Positions 55,961 through 64,000 of a DNA stretch of 64,000 nt are shown one piece after another. Location: NCBI GenBank assembly GCA_964492745.1, contig CAZBLT010000003.1:36653-100652 (forward strand), written 5' to 3'. The stretch is from an uncultured Anaerolineaceae bacterium (GTDB taxonomy: Bacteria; Chloroflexota; Anaerolineae; Anaerolineales; E44-bin32). The notes beneath the pieces were generated by a model. That model was given only the letters and a program-made list of their open reading frames with translations. It was not told the origin of the DNA and ran no database searches. Both the position numbers and the translations under genes were made by a program. Each line of letters starts with the position of its first letter. Positions within the stretch are counted from its first letter, which is position 1.

Positions 55961-57568
55961 ATGCAGAATCGAGTGCAATCCGGCCTTCCGCAGAAAGGTG
56001 AGCTATCCACACGCGTGGCCTCCTCCGCGCTGGTCGTCATGCTCGGGCTTGCGGGCTCAATCCTTTTCGGCCTGATCCGGCAACGGGTGATCGCCATCCG
56101 CTTCGGGACCTCCGGGGCACTCGACGCCTACACGGCAGCCAACGGCATCCCCGAATTGCTCTTCACCATGCTGGCCGGTGGCGCTTTGGCGTTCGCGTTC
56201 ATCCCCATCTACACCCAGTTGTTGAAGACCGCCTCCCCGGCTTCCGCCAATCGTCTCTTCAGCCAGGTGGTCAACACCATCTTCCTGCTCGTTCTCGCCT
56301 CGGGCAGCTTGCTGGCGGTTTTAGCACCTGTGCTTGTCACCGCGCCCTGGGGGATCGGCCCCAACTTCCCAGCCGAACTCCAGCAGCTCACGGCCGAGCT
56401 CATGCGCATCCTGCTGATATCTACCGCCATCTTCGCCATCAGCAGCATCCTCACCGGCGCCCTGCACGCCCACCAGCATTTCCTGCTCCCCGCGCTTGCG
56501 CCTTCCATGTATAGCTTAGGCATCATCCTGGGAGCCGTTCTCCTGTCGCCGCGCCTGGGTATCATCGGCCTTGCTTGGGGAGCCGTCCTGGGAGCCGGGC
56601 TGCATCTCGCCATTCAGCTCCCCGGCCTCTGGCGCTTCAATATCCGTTGGAATCCAGGGTTGGGATGGACCGATCCGACGCTCCGCCGCGTGGCAATTCT
56701 GATGGCACCACGCGTGGTGGACCTGCTGATGGCTCGGGCGAGCATCGATTGGATCAACGCGAATCTGGGTTCGGGGTTGGGGGAAGGACGTCTGTCGGCA
56801 TTGCGCTATGCCTTTCAACTCATGAACACCCCCTGGACGTTGATTGGGACAGCCATCGGCATCGCCGTGTTCCCAACCATGGCAGCCCTCGCCGCCGATC
56901 AGGATATAGCCGCGCAGCGGCGCGCGCTCAGCGGGTCGCTGCGTGCCATCCTCGTTCTCGCTCTCCCCGCCGGCGCGTTCTTGCTCGTCCTGGGCAAGCC
57001 ACTTATTGCACTGCTATTCCAGGAGGGTGCCTTCACGGCTCAGAGCACGGACTTGGTCTTCTTCGTATTGCAATTCTACGTGTTGGCCTTACTGAGCCAG
57101 TCTACGCTGGAAGTGGTAGTGCGGGCTTTCGCTGCCCAGAAGGATACCCTGACCCCCTTATTAGTCTCGTTTTTCACCACGGCCCTAAATTTGCTGCTCG
57201 CTATCCATCTCTCTCGGCCCTTCCAGAGCGGGGGGCTCGAACACGGAGGGCTTGCGCTGGCCAATGGCCTGGCTGTGGCAGTCGAGGCCTTGATAGGTCT
57301 CACGATACTGCATTTCCGATGGGGCGGTGTGAGCGCCGGACGCATTCTGAAAGATGCACTGCGTGCGGCGCTTGCTGCGGGCCTGATGGGGGCGTCCATC
57401 CTGGCATACCAGCGCCTGCTCAACCCCAGCAACCTGCAACTGCTGTTGGTGGGAGGATCGTTGGGAGCAGTGGTCTACCTAGTTGCCGCCCAGTTGTTCG
57501 GGATGCGTGAGATCCGCGAGCTTCCCTTGGCCGTCCTACGCGGCCTGGTGCGCCGCGCCGCAGGCTGA
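55961..57568 (+). CDS. murJ: Lipid II flippase MurJ
   Basis: 535 aa polytopic MOP/MVF-family pattern (RQRVIAIRFGTSGALDAY..., about 14 TM segments). Confidence 0.9.
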   Translation: MQNRVQSGLPQKGELSTRVASSALVVMLGLAGSILFGLIRQRVIAIRFGTSGALDAYTAANGIPELLFTMLAGGALAFAFIPIYTQLLKTASPASANRLFSQVVNTIFLLVLASGSLLAVLAPVLVTAPWGIGPNFPAELQQLTAELMRILLISTAIFAISSILTGALHAHQHFLLPALAPSMYSLGIILGAVLLSPRLGIIGLAWGAVLGAGLHLAIQLPGLWRFNIRWNPGLGWTDPTLRRVAILMAPRVVDLLMARASIDWINANLGSGLGEGRLSALRYAFQLMNTPWTLIGTAIGIAVFPTMAALAADQDIAAQRRALSGSLRAILVLALPAGAFLLVLGKPLIALLFQEGAFTAQSTDLVFFVLQFYVLALLSQSTLEVVVRAFAAQKDTLTPLLVSFFTTALNLLLAIHLSRPFQSGGLEHGGLALANGLAVAVEALIGLTILHFRWGGVSAGRILKDALRAALAAGLMGASILAYQRLLNPSNLQLLLVGGSLGAVVYLVAAQLFGMREIRELPLAVLRGLVRRAAG

Positions 57569-57661
57569 ACCCTTCTCTATCCGTCCCGGCCATAAAGAAA
57601 GGCAGATGCGGCTCATGGTCACATCCGCTATTGGCGCGCTTTTTGGAAGCCGCGGCTTGAG

Positions 57662-58927
57662 CTATTCCTTCACATAGGGCTGGCCATCGGCGGCCGGCAT
57701 CTGGCCGCGCCCGACGACGCCCGCCAGGACAATCATAGTGGCCGCATAGGGCGCCATTAAGAGAAACTCCGAAGGGATGCGAACGCCGAGAATGGCCAGT
57801 TTGGAGGCCAGCGAGTCCGCGAATCCGAAGAGCAGCCCGGCACCAAAGGCGCCGAAGGGATTCCAGTTGCCGAAGATCATCGCTGCCAGGCCAATGAAGC
57901 CGCGGCCGGCGGTCATGAACTCGTCAAAGCGTCCCACCGATCCAATCGTGAAGTAGGCACCCGCAAATCCCGCCACCATTCCGCCCAGAACCACCGCAAT
58001 GTAGCGCGTGCGGAAGATATTGATACCCAGCGTATCCGCCGCCTTGGGGTGCTCCCCTGCCGAACGATGACGCAGGCCCCACCGAGTATAGAAGAGACCC
58101 ACGTGAAGCAACGTCAGCAGCAAGAACATGGCGTAGATGAACAAGTTGTTGTTGAAAAGTATGGGCCCAAGCAGCGGGATCTTGACCAGGCCCGGGATCG
58201 GCACCGGTTTGAAGATGCCGGGGTCGTTCAGTTCCTGGACGCGCTGCAGGAACTTGGAGGACACGAAGGCGGTGATGCCTCCGGCGAAGATGTTAATCAC
58301 CGTGCCAGAGATGATCTGATCGGTCAGATACTTGATCGAAAGCACGGCGTGAATCAAGCCCAGCAACGCGCCGGTGAGGATTGCGGCCCCCAGCCCGACC
58401 CATAAATTCCCGGCTAGACTGCCCACCAGCGAGGCCACCATGGCGCTGGCGAGCATCATGCCCTCGATGGCGATGTTCACCACGCCCGCCCGCTCGCAGA
58501 GCACGCCCGAGAGTGCGCCCAGCGTGATGGGAACGGATTTGTTCAGAGTGGTATTGAGCAGGCCAGCGAGGTTCATCGACTTCCCGGCCGCGGCCCAGGT
58601 CAGGAACCCGAAAATGAACAGCCCTGAAACCAGTCCCAGCAGTAGGTTGGTCTTGCGGCCGAATCCGCGCACGAGCTGAGCGCCACCGCTAAACGCGCAA
58701 AACAGGGCCAGCACGTTCAGTGTGGCGACCGTCGGCAACCGCCAGTCCGGCAGCCTTGGCTCGAAAGCACCCGGGACGAGATTGAAGGTGGTCGTCAATC
58801 CCGGTTCAACCGTGCGTCCGAAGAAGAACCAGATGGCCGCCCCGATCAGCAAGAACATGATCCCCATCACACGCTGGCGGGTGGGTGAGACGTATTCGAT
58901 CTCGCGTCGCAAAGCGGTGGTTGCCAT
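57662..58927 (-). CDS. ABC transporter permease (BMP/nucleoside-type system, YufQ/NupQ-like)
   Basis: 421 aa polytopic protein. It lies in an operon with a second permease, a duplicated ATPase and a BMP lipoprotein. Confidence 0.85.
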   Translation of the reverse strand: MATTALRREIEYVSPTRQRVMGIMFLLIGAAIWFFFGRTVEPGLTTTFNLVPGAFEPRLPDWRLPTVATLNVLALFCAFSGGAQLVRGFGRKTNLLLGLVSGLFIFGFLTWAAAGKSMNLAGLLNTTLNKSVPITLGALSGVLCERAGVVNIAIEGMMLASAMVASLVGSLAGNLWVGLGAAILTGALLGLIHAVLSIKYLTDQIISGTVINIFAGGITAFVSSKFLQRVQELNDPGIFKPVPIPGLVKIPLLGPILFNNNLFIYAMFLLLTLLHVGLFYTRWGLRHRSAGEHPKAADTLGINIFRTRYIAVVLGGMVAGFAGAYFTIGSVGRFDEFMTAGRGFIGLAAMIFGNWNPFGAFGAGLLFGFADSLASKLAILGVRIPSEFLLMAPYAATMIVLAGVVGRGQMPAADGQPYVKE

Positions 58928-58929
58928 GC

Positions 58930-60210
58930 TCAGTCTCCTCCCCAGCCCCGCACGAAGAAGCCCTCGCCCTCCTCAGGCAGCCGCAGCCGGTAGATGGTGC
59001 GGATGATGGCCGGTGCGGCGATAAAGGCCAGGATGAAGGCCTGCAGAACGGTGATGATGTCAATGGGAATCTGGGCTGCCACCTGCATGCGCGTGGCCCC
59101 GTTCCTGAGGGTGCCGAACAGCAGGGAGGCCAGCACGCAGCCCAGCGGATGGCTCTTCCCCAGCAGGGCCAGGGCGATGGCGTCGAAGCCATAGCCCGAT
59201 GAGAACGCCATGGCCAGGTTGTGGTTTAGCCCCAGCACTTCGTTCGTTCCCGCCAAGCCAGCCAGCGCGCCCGACAGCGACATGGCCAGCACGGTGCTGC
59301 CCACGATCGTCATCCCCGCATATCTGGCTGCATGCGGGTTGGCTCCCACGGTGCGCAACTCAAATCCCCATTTCGTGCGGAACAGGAACCAATACACCAG
59401 CCAGGCCACCGCCAGAGCGATGAAGAAACCCAGATGAAACCGGATCGGAGGCTCGAAGAATTTGGGCAGCTTGGCGCTATCTTGAATGGTGGGGCTTACG
59501 GGGTTGAAGGAATCCGGCCTCTGCATCGGGCCATTGAGCAGCCAGTCGCTAAGCCGGAAGGCTATGTAGTTCATCATGATGGTGTTGATGACTTCGTGCC
59601 CTCCAGTCTTGGCCTTCAGCCATCCGGGGATGAAACCCCACGCAGCGCCCCCCAGCGCGCCCGCCAGTAGCGACAGTGGGATGTGGATGATTGCGGGCAG
59701 CCCTGTAATCGAATAGCCCACGAACACCGAGGTGATAGCACCGACGAAAAGTTGCCCCTCGACGCCGATGTTGAATAATCCGGTTCGGAACCCCAGCGCC
59801 ACTGCCAAGCTGGCAAAGATATAGGGCGTACTGGCGACCAGGCTCTCCAGAATGGGGTTGAACGCCCTTCGGATGGCCATGCTCTCACCGGAACGGAGGG
59901 CTTCCACGATTTTCACCGGATCGCCAATCGAGCCTGTGAACAACGCCGTATAGGCCACGCGGATTTCCTCCCAGCCGGCCCTGAGCGCCAGCAAAGGGGA
60001 TTCGCTCCAACTGCTATAAACCGGCTCGGCGGTGAGCGCGATCAGGATGGCGCCCAGCACCAATCCACTGAACACGGCCAGCAGTGGCACCAGCATCGTC
60101 TGCCACGCACGGCCCCAGAACGAAGCCTTCGGCGGCGGTCCGTTGACCACTTCCTCCAGAAGGATCTCCCCGGCACCGGGCTTCCTGGATGGCTTCTTGT
60201 CTTCGCTCAA
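58930..60210 (-). CDS. ABC transporter permease (BMP/nucleoside-type system, YufP/NupP-like)
   Basis: 426 aa polytopic protein. There is a 2-nt gap to the downstream permease. Confidence 0.85.
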   Translation of the reverse strand: MSEDKKPSRKPGAGEILLEEVVNGPPPKASFWGRAWQTMLVPLLAVFSGLVLGAILIALTAEPVYSSWSESPLLALRAGWEEIRVAYTALFTGSIGDPVKIVEALRSGESMAIRRAFNPILESLVASTPYIFASLAVALGFRTGLFNIGVEGQLFVGAITSVFVGYSITGLPAIIHIPLSLLAGALGGAAWGFIPGWLKAKTGGHEVINTIMMNYIAFRLSDWLLNGPMQRPDSFNPVSPTIQDSAKLPKFFEPPIRFHLGFFIALAVAWLVYWFLFRTKWGFELRTVGANPHAARYAGMTIVGSTVLAMSLSGALAGLAGTNEVLGLNHNLAMAFSSGYGFDAIALALLGKSHPLGCVLASLLFGTLRNGATRMQVAAQIPIDIITVLQAFILAFIAAPAIIRTIYRLRLPEEGEGFFVRGWGGD

Positions 60211-60222
60211 GGGACCCCTCGC

Positions 60223-61800
60223 TTATATCTCGGGTGATGCCGCTGCCTTCACCTCGGCCTCCGCGGCTTCCGGCGCCACGCCCGCCATCAGCAGGCCCAC
60301 CTGCTCCTTGGTCGCCTCGGCGGCGTCAAGCACCCCCACGATCTTGCCTCGATAGAGCACGGCGATTCGGTCGGAGAGCTCCATGATCTCATCCAGTTCG
60401 GGCGAGACCAGCAGTACGGCCGTGCCTTCGTCGCGTTTCTCCACGATGCGCTTATGGATGTACTCGATCGAGCCCACATCTAATCCGCGTGTCGGTTGGG
60501 AGGCCACCAGCAATCGAATCGGTCGTGAGAATTCGCGCGCAACGATCAATTTTTGCTGGTTCCCGCCCGAGAGCGAACTGACCGGCGTCAGGGGACTAGG
60601 CGTGCGGATGTCGAACTCGTGGATCCGCTGCTCCGCCGCGCGCAGGATCGGCTCCGGCTGCAACACGACGCCCCGAGTGAAGGGTGGCTGGTAATAGGTG
60701 TTCAGGACCAGGTTATCGGCCACCGAGAATGGCAGCACCAGCCCGTCCCGCTGCCGGTCTTCGGGAACATGTGCCGTGCCCAATTCGGTGATAAGCCGGG
60801 GATTAGCGTGGCTGATATCCTCCCCGCGAAAGCGGATGGACCCACTGAAAGGCTCCTTTAAGCCGGTCACCGCTTCGACTAGCTCCGTCTGGCCGTTGCC
60901 CTGGACTCCGGCGATGCCCAGGATCTCACCCTCACGGACTTCGAAGGAAACTCCATCGACAGCGACCTGATTGCGTTCGTCCAGCACCACCAGGTCCTCC
61001 ACTTCCAGCACCACATCGCCGGGCTTTGCGGGCTCCTTATCCACGCCGAGCTGTACCGCTCGTCCAACCATCATCTCCGCCAATTTGGCCTGCGTGGCCT
61101 CCTTGGGGGTGGTGGTGCCGATCACCTTTCCGCGGCGCAGCACGGTGATGCGGTCCGCCACATCCATCACCTCCCGCAGCTTGTGGGTGATGAAAATGAT
61201 CGACTTCTCCTGCTCGGCGAGTGAACGCATGATCTTGAACAGCTCATCCGCCTCCTGGGGGGTGAGCACGGCCGTCGGCTCGTCCAGGATGATAATATTT
61301 GCTTCCCGATAAAGCAGCTTGATGATCTCCACCCGCTGCTGAACGCCCACGGGGAGGTCCTTTACGTAGGCATCCGGTTCGACCTCGAGATGATATTGCT
61401 CCGAGATCTGCCGGATGCGCTCGGCGGCGCGCTCGCGATCGAGAAAGTCTCCATAGCGCAGGCTTTCTTCTCCCAGCATGACGTTTTCTGTGACCGTGAA
61501 GACCGGGATGAGCATGAAGTGTTGGTGGACCATGCCAATCCCTGCGCGGATGGCATCACCAGGTTCCTGAATCTTGAGGCGCTCCCCGCGGACCAGAATC
61601 TCCCCTTCGTCCGGGGCATAGAGTCCATAGAGAATGTTCATGAGGGTGGTCTTGCCGGCGCCGTTTTCGCCCAGCAGGGCGTGTATCTCGCCTGGGTTCA
61701 GATCCAGGTCTATATGATCGTTCGCCAAAACACCGGGGAAGCGCTTAGTGATGCCGCGAAGCTCGAGGACAGGTTCCATGATCACCTTGGAAGCACTCAT
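60223..61800 (-). CDS. ABC transporter ATP-binding protein with two fused ABC domains
   Basis: GENGAGKTT, GVQGNGQTE, the signature LSGGNQQK, and the Walker B motifs ILDEPT and LLVASQPTRGLD. The start is uncertain (ATG 61800, 61779 or 61821; the track ORF extends to 61863). Confidence 0.9.
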   Translation of the reverse strand: MSASKVIMEPVLELRGITKRFPGVLANDHIDLDLNPGEIHALLGENGAGKTTLMNILYGLYAPDEGEILVRGERLKIQEPGDAIRAGIGMVHQHFMLIPVFTVTENVMLGEESLRYGDFLDRERAAERIRQISEQYHLEVEPDAYVKDLPVGVQQRVEIIKLLYREANIIILDEPTAVLTPQEADELFKIMRSLAEQEKSIIFITHKLREVMDVADRITVLRRGKVIGTTTPKEATQAKLAEMMVGRAVQLGVDKEPAKPGDVVLEVEDLVVLDERNQVAVDGVSFEVREGEILGIAGVQGNGQTELVEAVTGLKEPFSGSIRFRGEDISHANPRLITELGTAHVPEDRQRDGLVLPFSVADNLVLNTYYQPPFTRGVVLQPEPILRAAEQRIHEFDIRTPSPLTPVSSLSGGNQQKLIVAREFSRPIRLLVASQPTRGLDVGSIEYIHKRIVEKRDEGTAVLLVSPELDEIMELSDRIAVLYRGKIVGVLDAAEATKEQVGLLMAGVAPEAAEAEVKAAASPEI

Positions 61801-61873
61801 CGGGGGCTCTGTGTGGCCCATCGGCGTGCGGCGATTGTACCATGACCCGGAAAACCGACCCATGCGCTCTTGC

Positions 61874-61916
61874 TCGAAAAGAAATAGCAGGGGCTGCCCT
61901 AAATGGGCAGCCCCTG
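61874..61916 (-). terminator. Intra-operon hairpin (attenuator/terminator) between the binding-protein gene and the ABC ATPase
   Basis: Minus strand reads CAGGGGCTGCCC-attta-GGGCAGCCCCTG (perfect 12-bp stem) followed by CTATTTCTTTTCG. Confidence 0.65.
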
Positions 61917-61953
61917 ACCTCTTGCAGAAGTGCTCAAGTCGAGCGGCGCTGGA

Positions 61954-63000
61954 TTACGGGTTCGCCGAAAGTTCGCCGGCGATGATTTTCGCCGCCACAT
62001 CCTCGATCTCGGCTTTCAGGTCCGCCGGGACCTGATCGTCGAGCGCGTGGAAGGGTGCCAGCCCCACGCCGCCATTCTCGAGCGTACCGACGGTTACGCC
62101 ACCCGCGAAGGTGTCGTTGATCACGCTCTCGATGACTTCCATGGTGGTGACATCCATGTTCTTGAGCACGGAGGTCAGCGTGATGGCCTCGTACTGCGGG
62201 TTCGTGAGCACCCAGTCGGCGTCCACACCGATGATGAAGACCCCACCACGGTCCTCCGCCGCAGCTGCGGTTCCGAGACCCACCGGGCCGGCCACGGGCA
62301 GGATGATGTCGGCGCCCTCATCCATGAGTGACTCGCCCAGGTTGCGGCCGTCCTCCAGGCTCTCGAAGTTGCCCGTGAAGAGGCCGGTCTGCGCCTCCGG
62401 ATCCCAGCCCAGCACCTGCACGTCGGTCCCATGGACCTCGTTATAGTAGCGGGCGCCCAGTGCGAAGCCGTCCATGAAGACTGTTACCGGTGGGATCTGG
62501 ATGCCGCCGTAGGTGCCGATCTTGCCTGTCTTGGAGAGGCCGGCGGCCAGGTAGCCAGCCAGGAAGGCGGCCTCCTGGGTATTGAAGACCTGCCCCACGA
62601 CGTTCGGGAAAGCCGGGTCATAGGCGAAGTCCACGATGGTGAACTTCTGATCGGGATTGGCCTCGGCCGCCGCGGCCGTGGCGTCGCCCAGCAGGAAGCC
62701 GACGGTGACGATCAGATCACAGCCCTCCTCGATAAAGGCGTTGATGTTCTTCTCGTAATCCGTCTGTTGCTGGGACTCGAGGTACTTGCCCTCGACCCCG
62801 AACTTCTCAATCGCGTCCTCGACGCCCTTCCAGGCAGTGGCGTTGAAGGACTTGTCATCAATGCCGCCTGTGTCGGTCACCTGGCAGACCTTGATGGCCG
62901 CTTCGGGCTCCTCAGGGGCCTGCGCAGGCGCGCCACACGCCGCCAGCACAATTGATGCCATCAGCAAGAGCGATAGCAAGGCGAGACTCTTCTTTTGCAT
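61954..63000 (-). CDS. BMP-family (PnrA/Med/TmpC-like) ABC substrate-binding lipoprotein
   Basis: Signal peptide with lipobox (IVLAAC). The BMP pattern is present (VTDTGGIDDKSFN, IGVDAD). Confidence 0.9.
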   Translation of the reverse strand: MQKKSLALLSLLLMASIVLAACGAPAQAPEEPEAAIKVCQVTDTGGIDDKSFNATAWKGVEDAIEKFGVEGKYLESQQQTDYEKNINAFIEEGCDLIVTVGFLLGDATAAAAEANPDQKFTIVDFAYDPAFPNVVGQVFNTQEAAFLAGYLAAGLSKTGKIGTYGGIQIPPVTVFMDGFALGARYYNEVHGTDVQVLGWDPEAQTGLFTGNFESLEDGRNLGESLMDEGADIILPVAGPVGLGTAAAAEDRGGVFIIGVDADWVLTNPQYEAITLTSVLKNMDVTTMEVIESVINDTFAGGVTVGTLENGGVGLAPFHALDDQVPADLKAEIEDVAAKIIAGELSANP

Positions 63001-63121
63001 GTCCTACTCCTCCATCGGAATCGGGTTGGTGAAATGCGGCTAATGCATTGTGATCCGGCTACCCCCTCTCTCCACGACCCATCGGTCTGTTTGAGGTATG
63101 GGTTCTGGTATCACAGGCGAA

Positions 63122-63150
63122 ATCATAGCACGAGATTTCATCCCTTGCAA
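63122..63150 (-). promoter_or_regulatory. Sigma70-type promoter for the BMP/ABC operon
   Basis: Minus strand reads TTGCAA (63150-63145), an exactly 17-nt spacer, then TATGAT (63127-63122). This leaves a leader of about 115 nt. Confidence 0.55.
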
Positions 63151-63180
63151 TGAACTCCCATTGCTTTGCAAGGCGGCCAT

Positions 63181-64000
63181 TCAGGCAACCCCCTCGCCGC
63201 CTTCCAGCTCGCCATAATCGAGTACCTCGCGGGGCTGCGAGCCTCTCTGGGCAGGCCCAACGATGCCCTTGGCTTCCAGTTGGTCGACCAGCCGGGCGGC
63301 ACGTGTATAGCCGATGCGCAGCCGCCGTTGGAGCAGAGAGATCGAGGCCCTGCGCATCTGGCGCACAATCGACACCGCCTCGTCGAAAAGCGGATCCAAC
63401 TCTCCTTGTTCCTCTTGCTGCAGTTCCTCCCAGAGCGGGGCTTGCTTCAGAGACGCGCCAGCCGGGATGCCTTCATGCGGCGTGGTTGGCCGCGAGGCCT
63501 CTGGCTCCTGGTCCAGACGCGCAAGCCGCCAGTGTTGAATCAGGCGCTGCAACTCGTTCTCCGACACGAAGGCGCCCTGCATGCGGATCGGCGCAGCGGC
63601 GTCGGGCGCCTGGAAGAGCATATCACCGCGGCCGAGCAGCCTTTCAGCTCCGGGTTGATCCAGGATGACCCGGCTGTCTACAGAGGATGCCACGGCAAAT
63701 GCGATCCGGGCGGGGAAGTTGGCCTTGATCAGGCCGGTGACCACATCCACTGAAGGCCGTTGCGTTGCGATGACCAAATGGATGCCCGTGGCGCGAGCCA
63801 ACTGCGCCAGCCGGGTGATCACGCGCTCGGTCTCGTCCGGCGCCAGCATCATCAGATCCGCAAGCTCATCGATCACCACCACAATGGTGTGCAGCGGACG
63901 CTCGCCAGCCGCCTCCATTCGCCGGTTATAGTCCTCCAGGTTGCGGACGCCCTCCCGTGAGAAGAGATGGTAGCGCCGGTCCATCTCCCGCGACACCCAC
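63181..64000 (-). CDS. ftsK: DNA translocase FtsK/SpoIIIE (C-terminal part; 5' end beyond window)
   Basis: VVVIDELADLM (Walker B), VIATQRPSVDV, and a C-terminal gamma winged-helix (ISLLQRRLRIGYTRAARLVDQLE). The frame is still open at the window end. Confidence 0.9.
   Translation of the reverse strand, partial: WVSREMDRRYHLFSREGVRNLEDYNRRMEAAGERPLHTIVVVIDELADLMMLAPDETERVITRLAQLARATGIHLVIATQRPSVDVVTGLIKANFPARIAFAVASSVDSRVILDQPGAERLLGRGDMLFQAPDAAAPIRMQGAFVSENELQRLIQHWRLARLDQEPEASRPTTPHEGIPAGASLKQAPLWEELQQEEQGELDPLFDEAVSIVRQMRRASISLLQRRLRIGYTRAARLVDQLEAKGIVGPAQRGSQPREVLDYGELEGGEGVA

Noticed and set aside
63001-63115. The BMP operon leader as a known riboswitch (purine, preQ1, ZTP/pfl, c-di-GMP, guanidine)
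   Set aside because: None of the conserved core sequences of those classes that I can recall are present. Only a vague GGGUCGUG resemblance to ZTP was seen, without the ACUGGCG/CCGCCUGGGC elements.
1-64000. CRISPR arrays, IS elements, integrases, prophage genes, toxin-antitoxin pairs, rRNA and tRNA genes
   Set aside because: Reading the intergenic regions turned up no spaced direct-repeat arrays, no transposase-, integrase- or phage-like ORFs, and no tRNA T-arm (GGTTCGAnTCC) or rRNA signatures. The hairpins found all differ in sequence, so they are not a REP-like family.

Overview
This is a visibly GC-rich, gene-dense bacterial chromosomal segment with about 50 protein-coding genes. I found no rRNA, tRNA, CRISPR array, transposase or integrase. 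The content is core housekeeping: priA, dnaA, radA, clpC, rpsA, clpB, rnhB, acnA, purA, murJ and a partial ftsK. It also carries GAF-rich two-component sensors, a BMP-family nucleoside/sugar ABC transporter and an unusually dense set of proteostasis genes. The clpC-radA adjacency and the frequent lipobox signal peptides suggest a Terrabacteria-type, possibly Chloroflexota-like lineage; that assignment is a guess. Many long ORFs antisense to real genes are GC-driven artefacts. The items most worth follow-up are these. (1) An A9 slippery run (15097-15105) links a ChlI-like AAA+ ORF to a start-less VWA ORF in the -1 frame. This is either recoding that yields both I-like and D-like subunits, or a homopolymer miscall. 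(2) A J-protein / HtrA / eRF1-Pelota-like gene string (21947-25278) whose last gene carries a GGGSQ loop and a zinc ribbon. (3) A rhomboid gene followed by three coupled single-pass coiled-coil membrane proteins, the first with an N-terminal ComEA-like HhH head. (4) A 600-bp ORF-poor, repeat-rich region upstream of dnaA. (5) Nested palindromes in the hsp20/clpB divergent region. (6) A protease-type NfeD paired with an FHA membrane protein instead of an SPFH partner. Every functional call rests on motif recognition by eye; no database search was possible.
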